This document shows, one piece after another, positions 29,451-47,100 of a DNA stretch of 64,000 nt (the first letter of the stretch is position 1; each line of letters starts with the position of its first letter). The notes beneath the pieces were generated by a model that was given only the letters and a program-made list of their open reading frames with translations, was not told the origin of the DNA and made no database searches. The stretch is from assembly GCF_009914755.1 (NCBI RefSeq), contig NC_060929.1; one strand, written 5' to 3'. The position numbers were made by a program, and so were the translations under genes. The DNA comes from the human T2T-CHM13v2.0 reference genome, Homo sapiens.

Positions 29451-30154
29451 GTATGAAATAGAGTCATGGCTTTGCAGGGCCTACAGTCTATCTGGGGAGC
29501 AAGGACAGAGACTGTACCAGCTGAGTACCATTCAAGGCACTGCATGCTAGGGACCAAAGTGAGCAGCAACCCCGAGTCCTGGGAAGAGGCAGACTGGATA
29601 AATGGAGGCTCTTACTCCAGACAGGTGTAAAGAATCCCAGGTGGGTGCAAGTGGTGCTCAGAGGATAAAAACATCTGCTGACAAAGCTTCTTACCTCTGG
29701 GAAGCTCCTAACATGGAAGTGTTCCCCAGAGGAAATTATTGGCCTCACCTATGACGAGACTGGCAATGAGGACAGGTTATCAGTGACTATTGAGCAATGT
29801 ACACTTTACAGAGCTTCGTGAGCCAACTGTGAGTGTAATTTGTGACACATGGTCTTAAGTAGTCTCAGGCATGCCAGTTTTATATCAGAAGAATTTCTTT
29901 TATGGAGGTTCTTCTCGGGGAGTTTACACCTGTGAGCGGTGATTCATTGCCTCTGAGGAACAATGGCTCCACTCTGAGTTTGTGGTTTTAGAGACTCAAG
30001 TTGATTGCAGCTTGAATTCCCAGCTTTTAGATTTTATGATCGGAGCTTCGAATTTTAAAATGTAGGCTGCTTTGAAATTAGGAATTACCTTTTAGGGAAA
30101 AATAGATCTCCTATCAAAGAGTGATTTGTCACCTGTCTCAAATATTTCTGGTGG

Positions 30155-30487
<333 letters not shown>

Positions 30488-30710
30488 TGACTTGTAGGGA
30501 ACTCCAAATTAAGAGGTGGAATTGTGTTTAGGGAACATGTTTTGAAGAACCTCAAGTAGTCAGTCATTGTTCATCATTTCTCTTTGGAACAAAGAGTCCA
30601 GAAATGAAGAGTCTTCTTCATGCTGGAATTGTAAACCTACAAATGGACTAACTCACCGTCTAGAGTGATAGCTGAAATATAAATTTGATAGGATATGCAC
30701 ATTAAGAGTG

Positions 30711-30930
30711 GGGTTTCTCAACAGTGGTGCTATTGACATTTTGGGCCTGATAATTCTTTGTCGTTGGGGCTGCCCTGTGTATTGTAGGATGTTTAGCAGT
30801 GTCCCTGGCCTCTATCCACTAGGTGCCAATATTAACCTCCCCCCACCCACGGCATGACAGTAAAAAATATCTCCATACATTTTTCCAAATGTTTCCTGGG
30901 GGCAAAATCACCCCCAGTTGAGAATCACCA
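30711..30930 (+). mobile_element. MER20 DNA transposon
   Basis: tttctcaac...tattgacattttggg..gataattctttg...caaaatcacccccagttgagaa. Confidence 0.8.
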
Positions 30931-32603
30931 GTTTAGAGTTATGCCTCAATAATTTGGGACTTGCTGTTTTACTCTCCCAACATGAATTCTACTGAGAATA
31001 AGAGAATACATTAATGCAACTTGGGGGCAGCCAAAATAAATGCCAAAAGGCTTATGTACTTTACAAATAGAAGTGTACTGCAGGCCCTCATTCCTTAGTC
31101 ATTTACTCATACTGTGTACATCTAACAAACAGTTTCCAGATCACAAACACAACTGATTAGAAAAGGCAAATAAAATGTAGTGTGAGAGCTTCCTTTGGGT
31201 AGGCACTTGTACTGAGGAAATGGATTACTTTTTCATGGAGCTAAAGGAAACAGAAAAACAGACACTTGAGTTTGCAGATAAGGAAGCTGAAGCTGAGAGT
31301 TAGAACTAAGTTCACCAAGATCCCCGTACTTGAAAGTGATAGAAAGTGACCAGAATTTGAGATTAGTTCTGCTTGATCCTGAAGATCAGGCTCATAGTGT
31401 CTGCCCTATCCTGCTTCTGTAACTTAGGGCCCGGGGTGCAGATGCATTTTTTTGCTTATTTCCCTCGAATCTCACCTCCCTAAAATAACCAGTGTTAACT
31501 GCTGGCTATGCTTCCTTCCACACTTTTCTCCTTATTTGGTAGACAAGTCAGCATACAACTGCCCACAGCATCCCTACAGGTCACTAAGTCCTGGTCTCTT
31601 TCAGTCTCACAACTTTATGCACATGTGTTTGCACACAGACAAATCTAAATAATTTTGTGTAAATAAAATATTTTAAGTAGCATCTATATAAATGAGATCC
31701 TCTTTATAACTTGTGTTTTTTTCACCTGTGTGTACCCTCTCCTCCTCTGGTAACCATACTTAACAATCTGAGATATGTGTGTTTATTTCTGTACTTTTCT
31801 CCTGCTCACATAGTCATATCTATATTGATCAATCGACCTACCTACCCACCAACCCACCTATAGATAGATATAGATATATACATATACATGTATGGGGTTT
31901 TGTTAATCACTCCTTTTTAACAAATGGGATTATATCATATTTATTGTCTATCTTATTTTCCATATTTAGCAAAGCTCATGGAAATGTTTCCAAGTCAATT
32001 GTTGTAGCACCAATTCATTATTTTTAATGCTTGCATTATATAGTCTGACTATTCCATAACTTATTTAGCATTCCTATGTTGATAGGCTTTTATCTTGCAC
32101 TCAGTTTTTAGTGTTACAATTACTATCCTTATATATATAGAATTAGGTACTGACATTTTTATTTTCATGGGATAGATTCCCAGGAGTGGGATTGCTGGTT
32201 GTATTTTTAATTCTGATAGATATTGCCAGATACTTAAACAATAATCATTTCCATTTCCTTTCTTTGTCCATTTTTCTGAGTTTGTCTTTTTCTCCTCCAT
32301 ATGTAAGTGTGCTTCATGCATTAGAGAATAACCATTTATCTTTATTAAAGATACATTTTTAAAAATCTGTCATTTTTAATTGACTTTATTATCTATCTGT
32401 TCTAACTCTGGATTAAGAGACTATACATTATAGTCTGGATTTTATTCTAATATATTTATTGTTTGTGTGCTATTTTGTGAGTATGGTATGATATAGCTTT
32501 TCATTTTATTTTCTTCCAGATGGAGAACCACTTGCCTGTACCACTTATTAAGTATAACCATTTTTCCCCATAGGACCGAAATATCACTTTTGCTGCATAT
32601 TAA

Positions 32604-33239
<636 letters not shown>

Positions 33240-35259
33240 TGAGGAAGCAGCCAGATTCCTTCTTCCCATTCTACTCCCTCATCCTGGCCAGAGTGTGGAT
33301 AGTATCCTATCCCCTCTAGTAATCAGAATGTGTACCTAAATTTTATTTTATTATACTTGGCCTTTTGGGAATATATTTGACCCAAAGCTATACAGTAATG
33401 AGCCTTGAAATACAATGCAGTTTTACTGCATTTGTCAATATTCCTTTTCTTTACATAAGGAGATATATAACAATACCAGCTACTACTTAACGAGTATCTA
33501 TTAATGTAGGTACAGAGGAAAGCTATTTACATACATTATTTCAGTAAGAGGTCTTGGGCCTGGCACCTACCAATGCTCAACAAATCATTGCTGAATGAAT
33601 GAATGATCTCATTAACCCCTACAATAATCCTATAAGGTAGAAAATATTTTGCTCATTTGTAGAGGAGAGGAAGTTGAGATTCAGAGACCAAACACCTGAT
33701 CAAAAGTCTCACAACTAAAAAGTGAGAGCCAGGACTTGAAGCCAGGTCTGGCTGAATCCAGCCTTCATGCTGTGCTGTCTCCCTTCTCAGACTAACAGTG
33801 GGTATTGGTCATGTCAGGGACTGTCCTTCCCCCGGAATATCTCCCTCTAGGCCTTGTTTTTTTTTTTTGTTTGTTTGTTTTGTTTTCTTCATACAGGAGT
33901 AGCTTTTGTGCACTTGGCATTTTGATTTCTCAGCAGTAGAATATACTTCATGAATGGGATTTCCTTTTCTCTGTGCCACCAGAATACTACACCATAAAAG
34001 TTTCTTTAGAAGCTGGTCAGTAATAGTCACTTCATTTCACCTGTTTTTAAAAATTTTGACATTTGTTTTCTGACCTTAATCTTAAAAACAACAATATTAA
34101 TGATAAGAAGTATTTCTTCAAATTAGGTCTATAAACTTCTTTGACTTCCTCTACATATGATTAAACAACTATACATTTACAGCTTAGAGGAAGACAGACT
34201 TGGGCTGTGGTCTGGTTAGTACCACCATGCACTAGCTGTGTGGTTTTAAGCAAGCTCTTCAATTTCTGAAACCCCCAGTTTCTCCATCTATACAATGGAA
34301 ACAATAAAATCTACTTTATGGTAACAACAAGGGTTGATAGGAGAAGTCTTGTCCCACATATAATTTTTTTTTAAATCAGCAAACCTCCATTCTTTGATAT
34401 ATAATGATTGACATTTCCTCAATCTTATGTAAAAGTACCTATGCAAATGCGCTTCGTGGTAAGCCATTCCATAACCCCCTTTCGTTTATGCCATTCCTAT
34501 GTAGCAATATTGTAATAGCCACTGCTGAGATGCTTAAATGAGCTAATGACTATAAAGCACTTAGCAACAGGCCAGGCACATTGTAAGTGTTCACTGTTGT
34601 AACAATTGTTATAGGATAAAATATCCTATCTGATTTTCTCAAAGTGACAATCATAGTCAAATGCTATTTAGTATCAGAATAAGGAAGTTGAATCTTCCTA
34701 ATTTTATCCATGCCAAATAGAGGTGTGGCCAATGAATGAATTCCATTCAGTTCAGTTCAGCAGATATTTGTTGACGGCCTGTTATGCATAAGACACACAG
34801 TTATTTTCCCCTTCAATGTGCCCTGATTGCTTCCATGAAAGATGGTAGTGTGTGGGAAGGATCAGGCAGGCTGATGGGGTTCAGAAACCAAAGCAGGTTT
34901 GCGGGGAGCCTTCCCCACTTCTTGAGTTTCTGCTGGCCAGCAGCCTTCCTGTCCAAAACTCTTTTCAACTGATTCTGGGCATGTCCTCTTCTCTCACCTT
35001 CTTCCTCCTCTATCTGTTGGGAAAAAGGGTTGGCAGCAAACTGCAGAGAGTAATGTCCAGCTGCAAGATCTTAAACTGAGTTCAGAGACATACAAGGAAT
35101 GAGCAAATAATGAGTCCACTGGGTCATCTAGGGAAAGAAGACTCTTTGAGTCTGAGCCCAACTTTAGTCTCTTAAGAAAACTAAATTGATGAATAGAAAA
35201 CACAGAAAAAATCTACTTTTTTTCTAAGATCTGTGAGTGGGTCATACCTGTTGACAAAA

Positions 35260-35480
35260 GTCAGTTGGAATGGTAGTTGCCAGGAGCTAGGAGGAAGGGA
35301 AAGTGGGAATTATTGTTTAATGAGGACAGAATTCCAGTTTTGCAAGATGAAAAGCGTTATGGAGATGGATGGTAGTGATGGCTAGACAACCATGAGTATA
35401 CTTAATGCCACTGAGCTATACACTTAATAATGGTTAAGATGATAAATTTAGTTATGTGTACTTTACCATAATAAAAAAAA
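35260..35480 (+). mobile_element. L1MB-like 3' fragment
   Basis: cagttttgcaagatgaaaa..gtt.tggagatggatggtagtgatgg...cttaatgccactga. Confidence 0.7.
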
Positions 35481-36726
35481 TTGTGGGGGGAAATGCCAGT
35501 TGCAACTGGGATCAGAAGCTCAGGGTCTATTGATTTACTGCTGGGTTTCCCATTTGCATCTGCTTAAAGGTATTGTGGAGTTTGTGAAATATATTTGATA
35601 TTTAAGGCATCTTCACCTTCACAGTGTTACTCTCTTGCCTAGTTTCTTATCAACAGAAAGTGATTGAGAGCTTGTGTACCTGCCAGGTTTGGTAAAATCC
35701 ATCTCTTTGGCCTGGAGGGAACTCCAAAAGCTAACAAGGAAAGCTTTCCTGGAAGGAGGCCCTTAAAACAAAATGGATTTAACTAGGCCAGGGGGAATTT
35801 GGGTGGGGAGAGATGGAGGTTGCTGGGAAACCTTCTGAGATTTCCCCCAACTCCACAGCCATAAAAATCATTGAGGCCTTTCCAGGGGAGAGAGATTAGA
35901 GCAGCCAGGAGTTATGAATAAAGTATAGATATTTTGAATCTACATGTAAATGTCCATCTGGTGATCAAAAATAAATACTCAGACTAACATGTTTGGGGAG
36001 GGAGAGAAATAGAAAGGCCTCACACGCCATTCATATATTTGTTGAATATTTACAAGAATTTGGTGGTACAATGTTGGGTTGGTTTCAGCTACGAATATGG
36101 TAGACTTCCATTGGTTTAAAGTCTCTGGAAGTCAAAATACAAAGAAGCTTCTTTTTCTGGGAGGGAAGGGGATAGTGAGTAGAAGGGGACTTGAGAAGAC
36201 ACCTGTTTTCTTATATAGACCCAAGGCAACATTTAACAACTTTAGATTTCATCAAATCTATTGTTTCCCATCTGTGAGGGGAGAACTAACCCAGTGTCTC
36301 CCACCCCACCAGTGCCACTTTTTCATATTTAACACACTGCTTTTTTTTTTTAACCTCATGACACATATTTTTTTACCTCTGAAATTTCTAGTTATTCAGG
36401 GTTTCCCCTGCCTCAAGTGCCTGATCCCGGGGTGATGGGAAATGTTGTAGGCAGGAACATGCACTGGAGGCCCACCAGCGCCTCTCCTCAGGGGCTCCTA
36501 AGAGCGACACATCTCAGGGATCCCTGTGGTAAAGGAAGGTCAGGTTGAACTTTGGATACCCACTTAATGGCTATTTATGAAATTTTTGCTGAATTTGATA
36601 ACATCAAATTTGATTACTTCATCTTCTCAATAAACTTAAAAATAATTTATAATAAACAATCCCAATCCCTCAGACTTAACATGCAAAAAAAAAAATTAAA
36701 TGCATTGAGTTAAAACATATCAGGTT

Positions 36727-37007
<281 letters not shown>

Positions 37008-38897
37008 TTATAATTAGGTTAAATAGACATCGAGTTAATAGAGGAAAAAAAGAACAGGAATCCTGGACCCTTCTTCTTTTAGTACTTAAACGGGCAGGAT
37101 CCTGAGCCAGGGAGTCTTTGCGATTTGCCCAAGGCCTGGAGCCCAGGGCTCTGACACCAAGCTCCACCATCCTCCTGGCTGGAAAAGCTTCCTGCCTTCC
37201 AAGTAAGGGAGGTCCTATGAGACTGCCCTGGATAGAGGCCTATTTGAATGTGATGAAAAAGGATTGGGTAGTTAAAAAAAATAAAGGACATGATAAGAAA
37301 CTATATTGTTTAAAAACCACATATATCTTTGAAATTCCTGTTATTTTGTCTAATAATATGTACTCAATGAGAGAAAAGATTTATATCTCATTATGCTATA
37401 ATCTCATCTTTATGCTACCTTTTCATATATTTATTACAGATTATTTTAAATGTCTTTACTTTGTGTAATTTTGCTTTTACATCTTTTTCCTGGACGATAA
37501 CTGTTTTAAAGGGCTTCCAAAGTTCAAACTAATAGTGTTTCCATGGAAAGGAAAGATGTTTCATCTGTGGTAACTGTAGTCTTTTCTCAGAACCTTCCAT
37601 CTCTTAGCAGGTGAAGCTTTCTTTCACTCTGTTATCTATGCAGTAATGCAAAGCTTTGTAGCAACCACGGGTAAAAGAAAAGTGCCATTTTAAAGTTGAA
37701 CAGATTAGTATTGTTACCAAACTGATAAATATGTATTAGTTAGAATTCTTTCTGTTGTAAAGACAAAAATCCATCTTGATCGAGATTAAGCAAAGAAGGT
37801 AATTTATTAACTTCGAACTAAAGAGTTTGAGGGTGTATCTTGCCAGCTTCAGGCATGGCTGGACCCAGCTCTTTCTTTCTTCATTTCTTAGCTGTCTGCC
37901 TGTCAGCATTATTCATAGGTATACTTTTCATATAGTAGGAAAGATAGCTGTTAGCAGCCTCAGGTTTAATATCCTTATGGATTTCAATCCATAAGAAATA
38001 AAAATAATCTGTCATTAAATGTTTATGTATAAATCTCAGGAACAACTCTGGCCCTACCTGAATCATATGCCCAATCTCGAACCAATCACTGTGACGACAG
38101 GGTTATGTAATCACTTCATGTGGCAGAAGGCAGGCAGGTAAGGCCTGGAAATGGACAGCACAAAATGGGCTAAATGACAGGGTGTGTGTATGTATGTGTG
38201 GTTGTTCTGCAAAGTAAAATGAAAGTGCTGTTACTAGAAGAAAGGTAAATATAAAGGCAAAGCAACAAATGCCACACTAGGGCACAAGACCTTCATGTAT
38301 TATTTGTGGTCTCTGTGCATAAAGAGCTAACAAAAGCACTTACCTTCTGCATGATAATTTAAATTTTGATTAACTTTTTGCCTCTGTGTCCTTGCAAACT
38401 AAATAAAGATAGATTATTAACTATGTTACTAAGCAGCATAGATTGTGATAAAATTACCTCTAATTGGTAAATTCCATCTAGACTGGGAAGAACTACAGAT
38501 GAATTATAAATTCCAGAAGGGGAAACCATCTTTTGGGCTTCTCTGAGTGCAGTGACTCTTGGAACTAGGCATCTCTCTCATGGGGACCCTGAAAGCTGTG
38601 CCTAAGGAGTTATTCAGGAGATATTTATTCTTGTGGGGCATGAGCCTTCTAAGCCAGGATGGCTCCGACCCATCCAATGTGGATCTTGTCACTTTGCAAC
38701 TAAGCGCTCATCTGGGGGTCCAAAGACAATACCTCCTGGACAGCTATGTGGACCGTGTCATGAAGAGAAAACAGCTGATAGATACTGACAAGCTGTAATT
38801 TGTGCCCACATCTTCTGAGAAGACTGGTGCCAGATGTTGCCTGTGATAACTTTATGAGTCTGAAATGTTTAGTTGAACCTTAAAAGACTCACTGGTG

Positions 38898-39210
38898 GGC
38901 TAGGCGCGGTGGCTCACACCTGTAATCCCAGTATTTTGGGAGGCCGAGGCAGGTGGATAACTTGAGGTCTGGAGTTTGAGACTAGCTTGGCCAACATAGT
39001 GAAATCCCGTCTCTACTAAAAATACAAAAAATTAGCTGGGCATTGTGGTGCGCGCCTGTAATCCCAGTTACTTAGGAGGCTGACGCAGGAGACTTCCTTG
39101 AACCCAGAAGGCAGAGGTTGCAATGAGCCAAGATTGTATCACTGCACTGCAGCCTGGGCAACAGAGCAAAACTCTGTCTCAAAAAAAAAAAAAAAAAGAA
39201 GAAAAAGAAA
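38898..39210 (+). mobile_element. AluS with about 16-bp TSD aaaagactca(c/t)tggtg
   Basis: full dimer; TSD starting at 38882 and 39211. Confidence 0.93.
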
Positions 39211-40789
39211 AAAAGACTCATTGGTGGACATTGAAGTTGCTCATAATTCTCTGACATAGGCAGTTGATTTAAGGAAGCCATCTAGTCAAAGGTGACAGAA
39301 ACTCAACCCAAACCATAGTAAGGAAAGGAATTTATTGGCTCATTCAATTAAAAATCTAGCCATGGATTCAGGTATGTCTGAATGCAGGAGATCAAATGAT
39401 GTCAGCAGGGCTCTTTATCTCTTCCTAGTTTTCAACTCTGCTTTTCACTGTGCTGACTTCATTCTTAGGCAGGGTCTTCTTATCAGGTGGCAAAGAGGAC
39501 TACTAACAGCTAGCTGATGGCTCTAGAATAAAAATAGGATATGCCAAAAAAATATCTCATGGTTGGCTCTCATAGGCCTAGCATGTGACCATCCCTGAAC
39601 CAAGCACTGTGGCCAAGGGATAGGTGGTAGAAGAGGCAGGAGCCTATAATTAACAGCTCCACAAAATGAGCCAGGGGTCATTCTCCAGTGTAAAAGATAG
39701 CAGGCAGGAATCAGGTAACAAGTGCTCTTTTCTTCTGTTCCAGTGCATTACCAACCTTTAAAGGCCTTCTTCCACCATTTCTCACCACCCGCCTTTCCAG
39801 CCACAAACACACTCATGCTGAGTTATGTACCCCCATATATAAGCAGCACTCGGTTACTACATTACATTATAATTACTTGCTTATGTGTCCATCTCTCCTT
39901 TTGGACTCTGAGCTTGAGGATGGGCAATATATTTCTCATCTTGGTCACTCTATTGCTTAGCACATTATCTGGCATATTCATAGGCGCTCAACAATTGTTG
40001 AACAAATGAATGAATTATTTATGAGGATATGTGACCAGATGTTTTCATCTGGTATATAATCACTGTCTCTTGTTCCCTCTTTTTGATTTGTTTACATGAA
40101 ACTTTACCTGTAGTCACTATTTGCAGATATTTATATATCAAACACAATGATTTTTGGTCTGTCATTTCCAAAGAGTTGCTCATGACTCAAGATTAAATTT
40201 TACCCTTCAATTAGTGCCTACCTTGAAAGCAGAAAACTGTGGTTCCAAGCAGTCTCTGTTTCTTTCCTTTGCCATTTCTTAGTGATTTCCTGAGAATGAA
40301 ATCACTAAACCCTTTGAAGGGCTGGGGATGTAGATCTCATTGGTGACATATGTGGCCCAAGAATGATGAATTAGGTGAACTTTTTGGTGCAAATTTGTTT
40401 CTCCAGCTTCCATACATGCATAAATACAGACCTCTGTAGGACTGATCTTTATAGATTTGTTTTTGTCTTCGCTTTTTGCCATTTATTATTTCAGCATTTT
40501 TTCTTCCTTTTTTTCTCCAGTTATTGGGGGCTCCTATGTTGTTATCTCAGGTTAACAGTGGCCGTGATCTTTTCATTACCCTATTTTATCAAGTGTTAGA
40601 TGAGGCTCATATCTATTTTTTAACATTAAGACACCTTGCTAAGCTTTCAGTTAGTAACACACTAAGCCAATCTGTGAGTGTTTTCTTCTCTTTAATTGAA
40701 GAAAATACTTCTGCTACCGTATTGCCACCACAACTTCCTTTTCCTTATTTTAATTATCTCAAGTTACAACATTACATTTTCTGTGGATC

Positions 40790-41222
40790 TGTTATAGTTT
40801 GGCTATGCTTTGTCCTCACCAGAATGCATGTTGAAATTGGATCCCCAATCTGGTGGTGGTAGGAGGTGGGACCTATTGGGAGATGTTTGTGTCATAAGGG
40901 TGGATCTTTCATGAATGGCTTGGTGACATTCTTCAGGTACTGAGTTCTCACTCTGGTGGGACTAGATTCATTCTCATAGGAATAAATTAGTTCCCACAAA
41001 GGTGGGAGCTAGGATGCTCTTGGGTTTTGTCCCTTCACACATGCTTGCATCCCTTTGACTTTCTCTGTCATGTTATGACACAGTGTGAAAGCCCTCACCA
41101 GAAGCCAAGACCATGCCCTTGAACTTCCAGCCTGCAGAACTGTGAGCTAAATAAACCTCTTTTCTTTATAAATTACCCAGCCTGAGGTATTCTGTTATAG
41201 CAACACAAAGCAGACTAAGACA
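40790..41222 (+). mobile_element. MSTB-like MaLR LTR
   Basis: tgttatagtttgg...aaataaacctcttttctttataaattacccagcct...gactaagaca. Confidence 0.85.
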
Positions 41223-41971
41223 GGTCTTTCACTTTTCTTGATGACATTTTGGCTATGGAAAATATAGTCTCCATTGGCAACATGAAAAGTAGGAGGAATT
41301 CCATAATCAGAAAATTCTATATTTGAGCTTATCTTCTAAAAAAATCAAACCTAAACATTTCTCTTCATCTGTATTCTCTGGGTAATGCCTCATTTCTTGA
41401 TTCCATTTTGTATTGACCTATTCTCAAGAGTTTTCCTATTGATTCTTAGTAGATGTTGTAGATAAATCTATGAAGAAGAAAGGAAGGCCTAAGGAGAAGC
41501 AGTTAATCAAATGTCATGTCTGAATGAGCCACATAAATAATAAGCCCCAGAGTAAGGGAAGGCTTAGTATAATGTGCAGGTGCCTGAGACAGGGTCTGAC
41601 ACATAGTAGCTTCTCAGTAAATGGTGAAATAACTATGGAATAAATAAAGTTCATAATATTGCTATATTTAAAAGGGAATCTTGTCATCTGACTGTGATGT
41701 TGCACCTCTCCTGATGCTTGAGAGGACCTTTTCTGAACAGTATTTGTGTGCCACCATGAAACAGATTTCATGCTGATGTGGAGTCTCCCACAGTTTTGAG
41801 TGAAAACCCAGAACCTGATCTGATTTGGAGTCAGAGATAGCATCATCTTCCTCCCTGAAGAAGGGCCATCTTGGACTCCCCATCATCCTTGAAATGTCGC
41901 TAGCTTTGTCCATTGTCTTGCTTGTTCACTAAGACTGTAATAAATGCTTGAGGTTTGTGATTGATTTTTAG

Positions 41972-42136
<165 letters not shown>

Positions 42137-42685
42137 TAACAATTGGCATGTAGATTTGGTGAGGGCGTTTTAGTCAGCAGGAGAGTTAAATTGCTACTGT
42201 ACTCAGAGAGAATCATGAACTATCCAGGCAAAATCCTTCCACTGTTGCTCTGGGTTGTCCAGATTGGCAGTTTTTGCTTCATAAATGTTTGTGAAGTCGA
42301 TAGACCACATGGATTTTTCCATGATCAACTCCACCCCTCTTCTCTCCTCCCATGAGGTCTCCTGGAGGCTCAGCCTTATATGAAAGGGGAGGGGAAAACC
42401 CTGGGGTAGACGTCCATATCTATATGTACACCTTTGATGACTTTCTTGGAGAAATTCCTAGATATGGAATTGTGGGTCAAAGGCTTCTGCACATTTTAAA
42501 ATCTTTGAGTATACAATATTGCTAAAATGATCTCCCAGAAATCTTTCACCATTTTACCCTCACAGAGGTCAAATGGAATTTCTTTTGTTGCTCCATGTTT
42601 TGCTAGCAATTGGTAGCAAAGTTAGAACAAGGAGCATGGATGATTTTTTTCCTACTGGTTCAAAAAACTATACCTTTTTATTTAA

Positions 42686-42988
<303 letters not shown>

Positions 42989-44038
42989 TAAATGTGGAAG
43001 GGTTGGAGGAATGGCTTTCAAGAAAAGAGTGGGAGGAAAACAAAGGTGTTAGTGCCATGGAGTGTAAAATGTGATGCTGAAAGATTCTTACTTTATTCTT
43101 CAAAGTATCCCACAGCACTTCATTTGTTAATCCATTCATTTATTCGTGCATTCATTCAAATAACGTTGTTTAATATGTACTGTATGCCAGATGAAGTATG
43201 TATTCTTATTCTAGAAGCCTACAGGGCAAGAAAGGCATGCAAAACAAATAATGTATTGGGCTACATGCAATAATAGAAGTCTACAGAGAATGCCATGAGA
43301 ACACAGAGAAAGATGTTTTTCAGAAATTACAGTTTTCACAGAAGAGTTGATATATTATCTGGGTCTTGACATTGTAATGAACGTTGGCAGGAGGGATTTT
43401 GAGGATGGCATGAGTATAAAGTATTTCAGAGGGAAAAGTCCAAGTAAAAGAACCAAGGCAAGAGTATGGTGTGTTCCGGGCTGACAAGCTCAGGGTGGCA
43501 GAAATTGAGGATAGGAGTGCTGGGAAAGCTGGAAGCTTAGTGGGCCAAGGCAGACAGACGATGAAAGGCCATGCTTTACAAGAGGGAGGGTTTGGCTTTG
43601 CTGTGGTTGCCAGCAGATACCTTGAAGGGTTTTAAGCAGTGAAAAGGGATGGGATTCATCTTAGGTGTGGGCAGGTAACTGTCACAGCTGTTTGAAAGGT
43701 AGACTGGTGCCAGGAGAGCCCAGAAGTGGGGAGGACCAGTCAGGTGACTGCCAAAATGGGGGAAACAAGACCTATGGAAGGCTTCTCACTGAGACACTCA
43801 TGAGCAACAAACAGGATGAAGTGGTAGGAGGAGGTAGAGTCCACAGGACTTGTGACCAGGACTTGGGGAGAGGGAGGACTTTCTGCCCCCAGCTGTCTGG
43901 CTTGGGCTGTTGTTGGGGAGTACAGTGGGGGAGCAGGTGAGTGAGGTAGGTAATGAGGGCTTGAATGGGTTTGTTTGAGGCACTTGGGAGGTGGGTACAT
44001 TCAGGTGGAGTGTTAGCGAGCTGGAAACTGGTTCTGGA

Positions 44039-44421
<383 letters not shown>

Positions 44422-45724
44422 TCACTTCTCAACCTATGGTCCAGTAACTTTTTGTCTGGCTGTTTGGAAACTCAGGTCAGTGGGGTCCTCTTGGATTTCA
44501 CAGTTTAATGTTCTGATCATTTCTAAACTTGATGCCTCTCCTGAGAGCTACGGAAAGAACTAGTATCATAATCATTTACCTTAAGATACCATTGATTGTA
44601 AGGCACACCATTATTTTATGTAACACTCAGAAAAAATAATGCTGCCATTTAACTATGACAAAAAACTTTATTATCACTTAAAATATTTATTTTATGCTGC
44701 CTATTTGAAGATGTGTTTAGACTTTTAGTTTTTTACATGCATATATAAAGGAAAAAATAAGCAAGATAACTCAGTTAATTGTTTCTAAATTTCATGCTGA
44801 ATTAGATTCTTCTAAATCACTTTCTTATTCAGTCTTGACAATTTCTTTCTTTCTTTTTCTTACTTTCTTTTTTTTCTTATAGCGTCAGGGTCTTGCTTTG
44901 TCACCCAGGCTGGAGTACAGCGGCATGGGAGATGCAGCATTTCTTAAAGAATGCCCCACTGTTGTTTCTAAGATTTTCTTCTAAGCCACTGATACCCATT
45001 CCAATGTAATGCATGTGCTCAAACAACGACAATTATACCCACCTGGTTGACTGAGCTAGCACTCATGACCTAATCACCTTGTAAAGGCCACCTCTTAATC
45101 TTATTGCATTGGGGATTTAAGTTTCAACATGAATTTTTGGAGGGACACAAATATTCAAACCAGAACAGAGATCAAGTCCTGTAGTCACAGGATTTATAGT
45201 CTTAGTTATTTATAGTCTTAGCTATGCTTTCCCTGTTCTATTTAAACATGTTTAAACCACTGGAATATGTGCATGCATGTGGATTTCATCTTCCTTTTAG
45301 CAACTTTGGAGTCAGGGCACATTGGGGAAAACTCATAAAGCCCAGGAAACTTTAATTTCAGATTATAATAGGTTTCATTTGCACAAAATTAAGGGCACAG
45401 TGATAATAATATTATCTTTTTGGATATCATTCATAATGTTTGTCCAGTTGTGGGCTGCCTCTGTTTCCTGATACAAGCTGTTGCCAGATCAGTTAGAGTG
45501 ACCCATGTGAATGCTCTAGAGCCGTGGCTTCTAGACATTCTTGGTAGCAAACCCATATCAGTAAAGAAAGTTTGATCATGTGGCTATCACATATACATTT
45601 ATAATTCAATTAATTCATTATAAAGCATATGCTAGAAATATAAATTTTTAAAATTCAAGATAAAAAATAAATAGCAGTTTTGTATTTTCTCTAAACTCAA
45701 AGAATTATTATTATTTATTATTAT

Positions 45725-45842
45725 TAGAAATAGGGTCTCATTATGTTGGTCAGGCTGGTCTCAAACTCCTGGCTTCAAGTGATCTTCCCATCTCAGCCTC
45801 CCATGCAACTGAGATTACAGGTGTGAGCTACCATGCACAGCT
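45725..45842 (-). mobile_element. Alu monomer (FLAM-like)
   Basis: (TTA)n tail plus a single monomer. Confidence 0.8.
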
Positions 45843-46246
45843 CAAAGGATGATCTTAGACACATCTGATGGATTTTACTACCAGTTTCCTTTTTGTTCCT
45901 CTGCATATATGTACAATATATTTTTCATAGCTGCCCCAAATTCACTTAACTATTCTGTAGCTCTTGGATATTTAGTTTCAATTTTTGTTTATTATAGGTA
46001 GTGCTGTCACAGACCTCTTTGTATATAAACCTTAGTCTGAATTCCTCACAATTGCCTTTGGGTATATCCTTAGAAGTAGATTGTAGGGTCCAAGATATGA
46101 AACCTTATCAGGCTCTGGGTATATTAAAGACATGAATTGTTTCCTTTACACTTTATTTTAATAAATGTTTTTCCCACTGGGACTTGTCTTTTTGCATCTA
46201 TTTTCCTGGAAAAATGAGAAGAAAGATTATGGGGAGAAATGCCTTT

Positions 46247-46554
<308 letters not shown>

Positions 46555-47100
46555 GGAGAAATGCCTTTATAAGCAGATGGCTGTCCCAGGCACCCAGGTA
46601 AAGCAGCCTGGAATATAATTTTCCCACCTTGTTGGAATGGGAACACTGGTTTCTACACTCTTGTGTTCCTGTTAACATGATTGTTTATACCTAATTAGCT
46701 ATGAGTAAAGCCTTCTGAATTTATCTAAGGCAGTTGTTAAGCAGAATAATGTCCAAGGAGGGAAATCATTAGGGAATGGGGAAGGAATTCTGCATTTCTT
46801 CCAAATATTTTTAGGAAATTCTACATGAGGAAAGGGAAATAGCCAAGTAGCTATTGTGTGGGACCAGCTCCTTCTTTTTCCTCTATGTTTTGGCCTGAAT
46901 TAAACTCTTACTTTGTCCTTCTAGTATTTGTCTTGAGTTTCAGGAAACTGAAGTACTGAGATTTTTTTAATTAATGTTATTTTTTAAAATGTCATGTAAC
47001 ATTTAATCAGTTGTAAAGATTAAAGTTATACTTGGTACAAACGTACTTCTAATTTTGTGTGTTTCATACTGTACTATAATTCCTTATTTCTGAGATTATC

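Noticed and set aside
38511-38550. ccag|aaggggaaaccatcttttgg resembling the start of exon 6
   Set aside because: Similarity is only about 15 nt, an in-frame stop follows, and there is no ankyrin pattern or donor 99 nt later.
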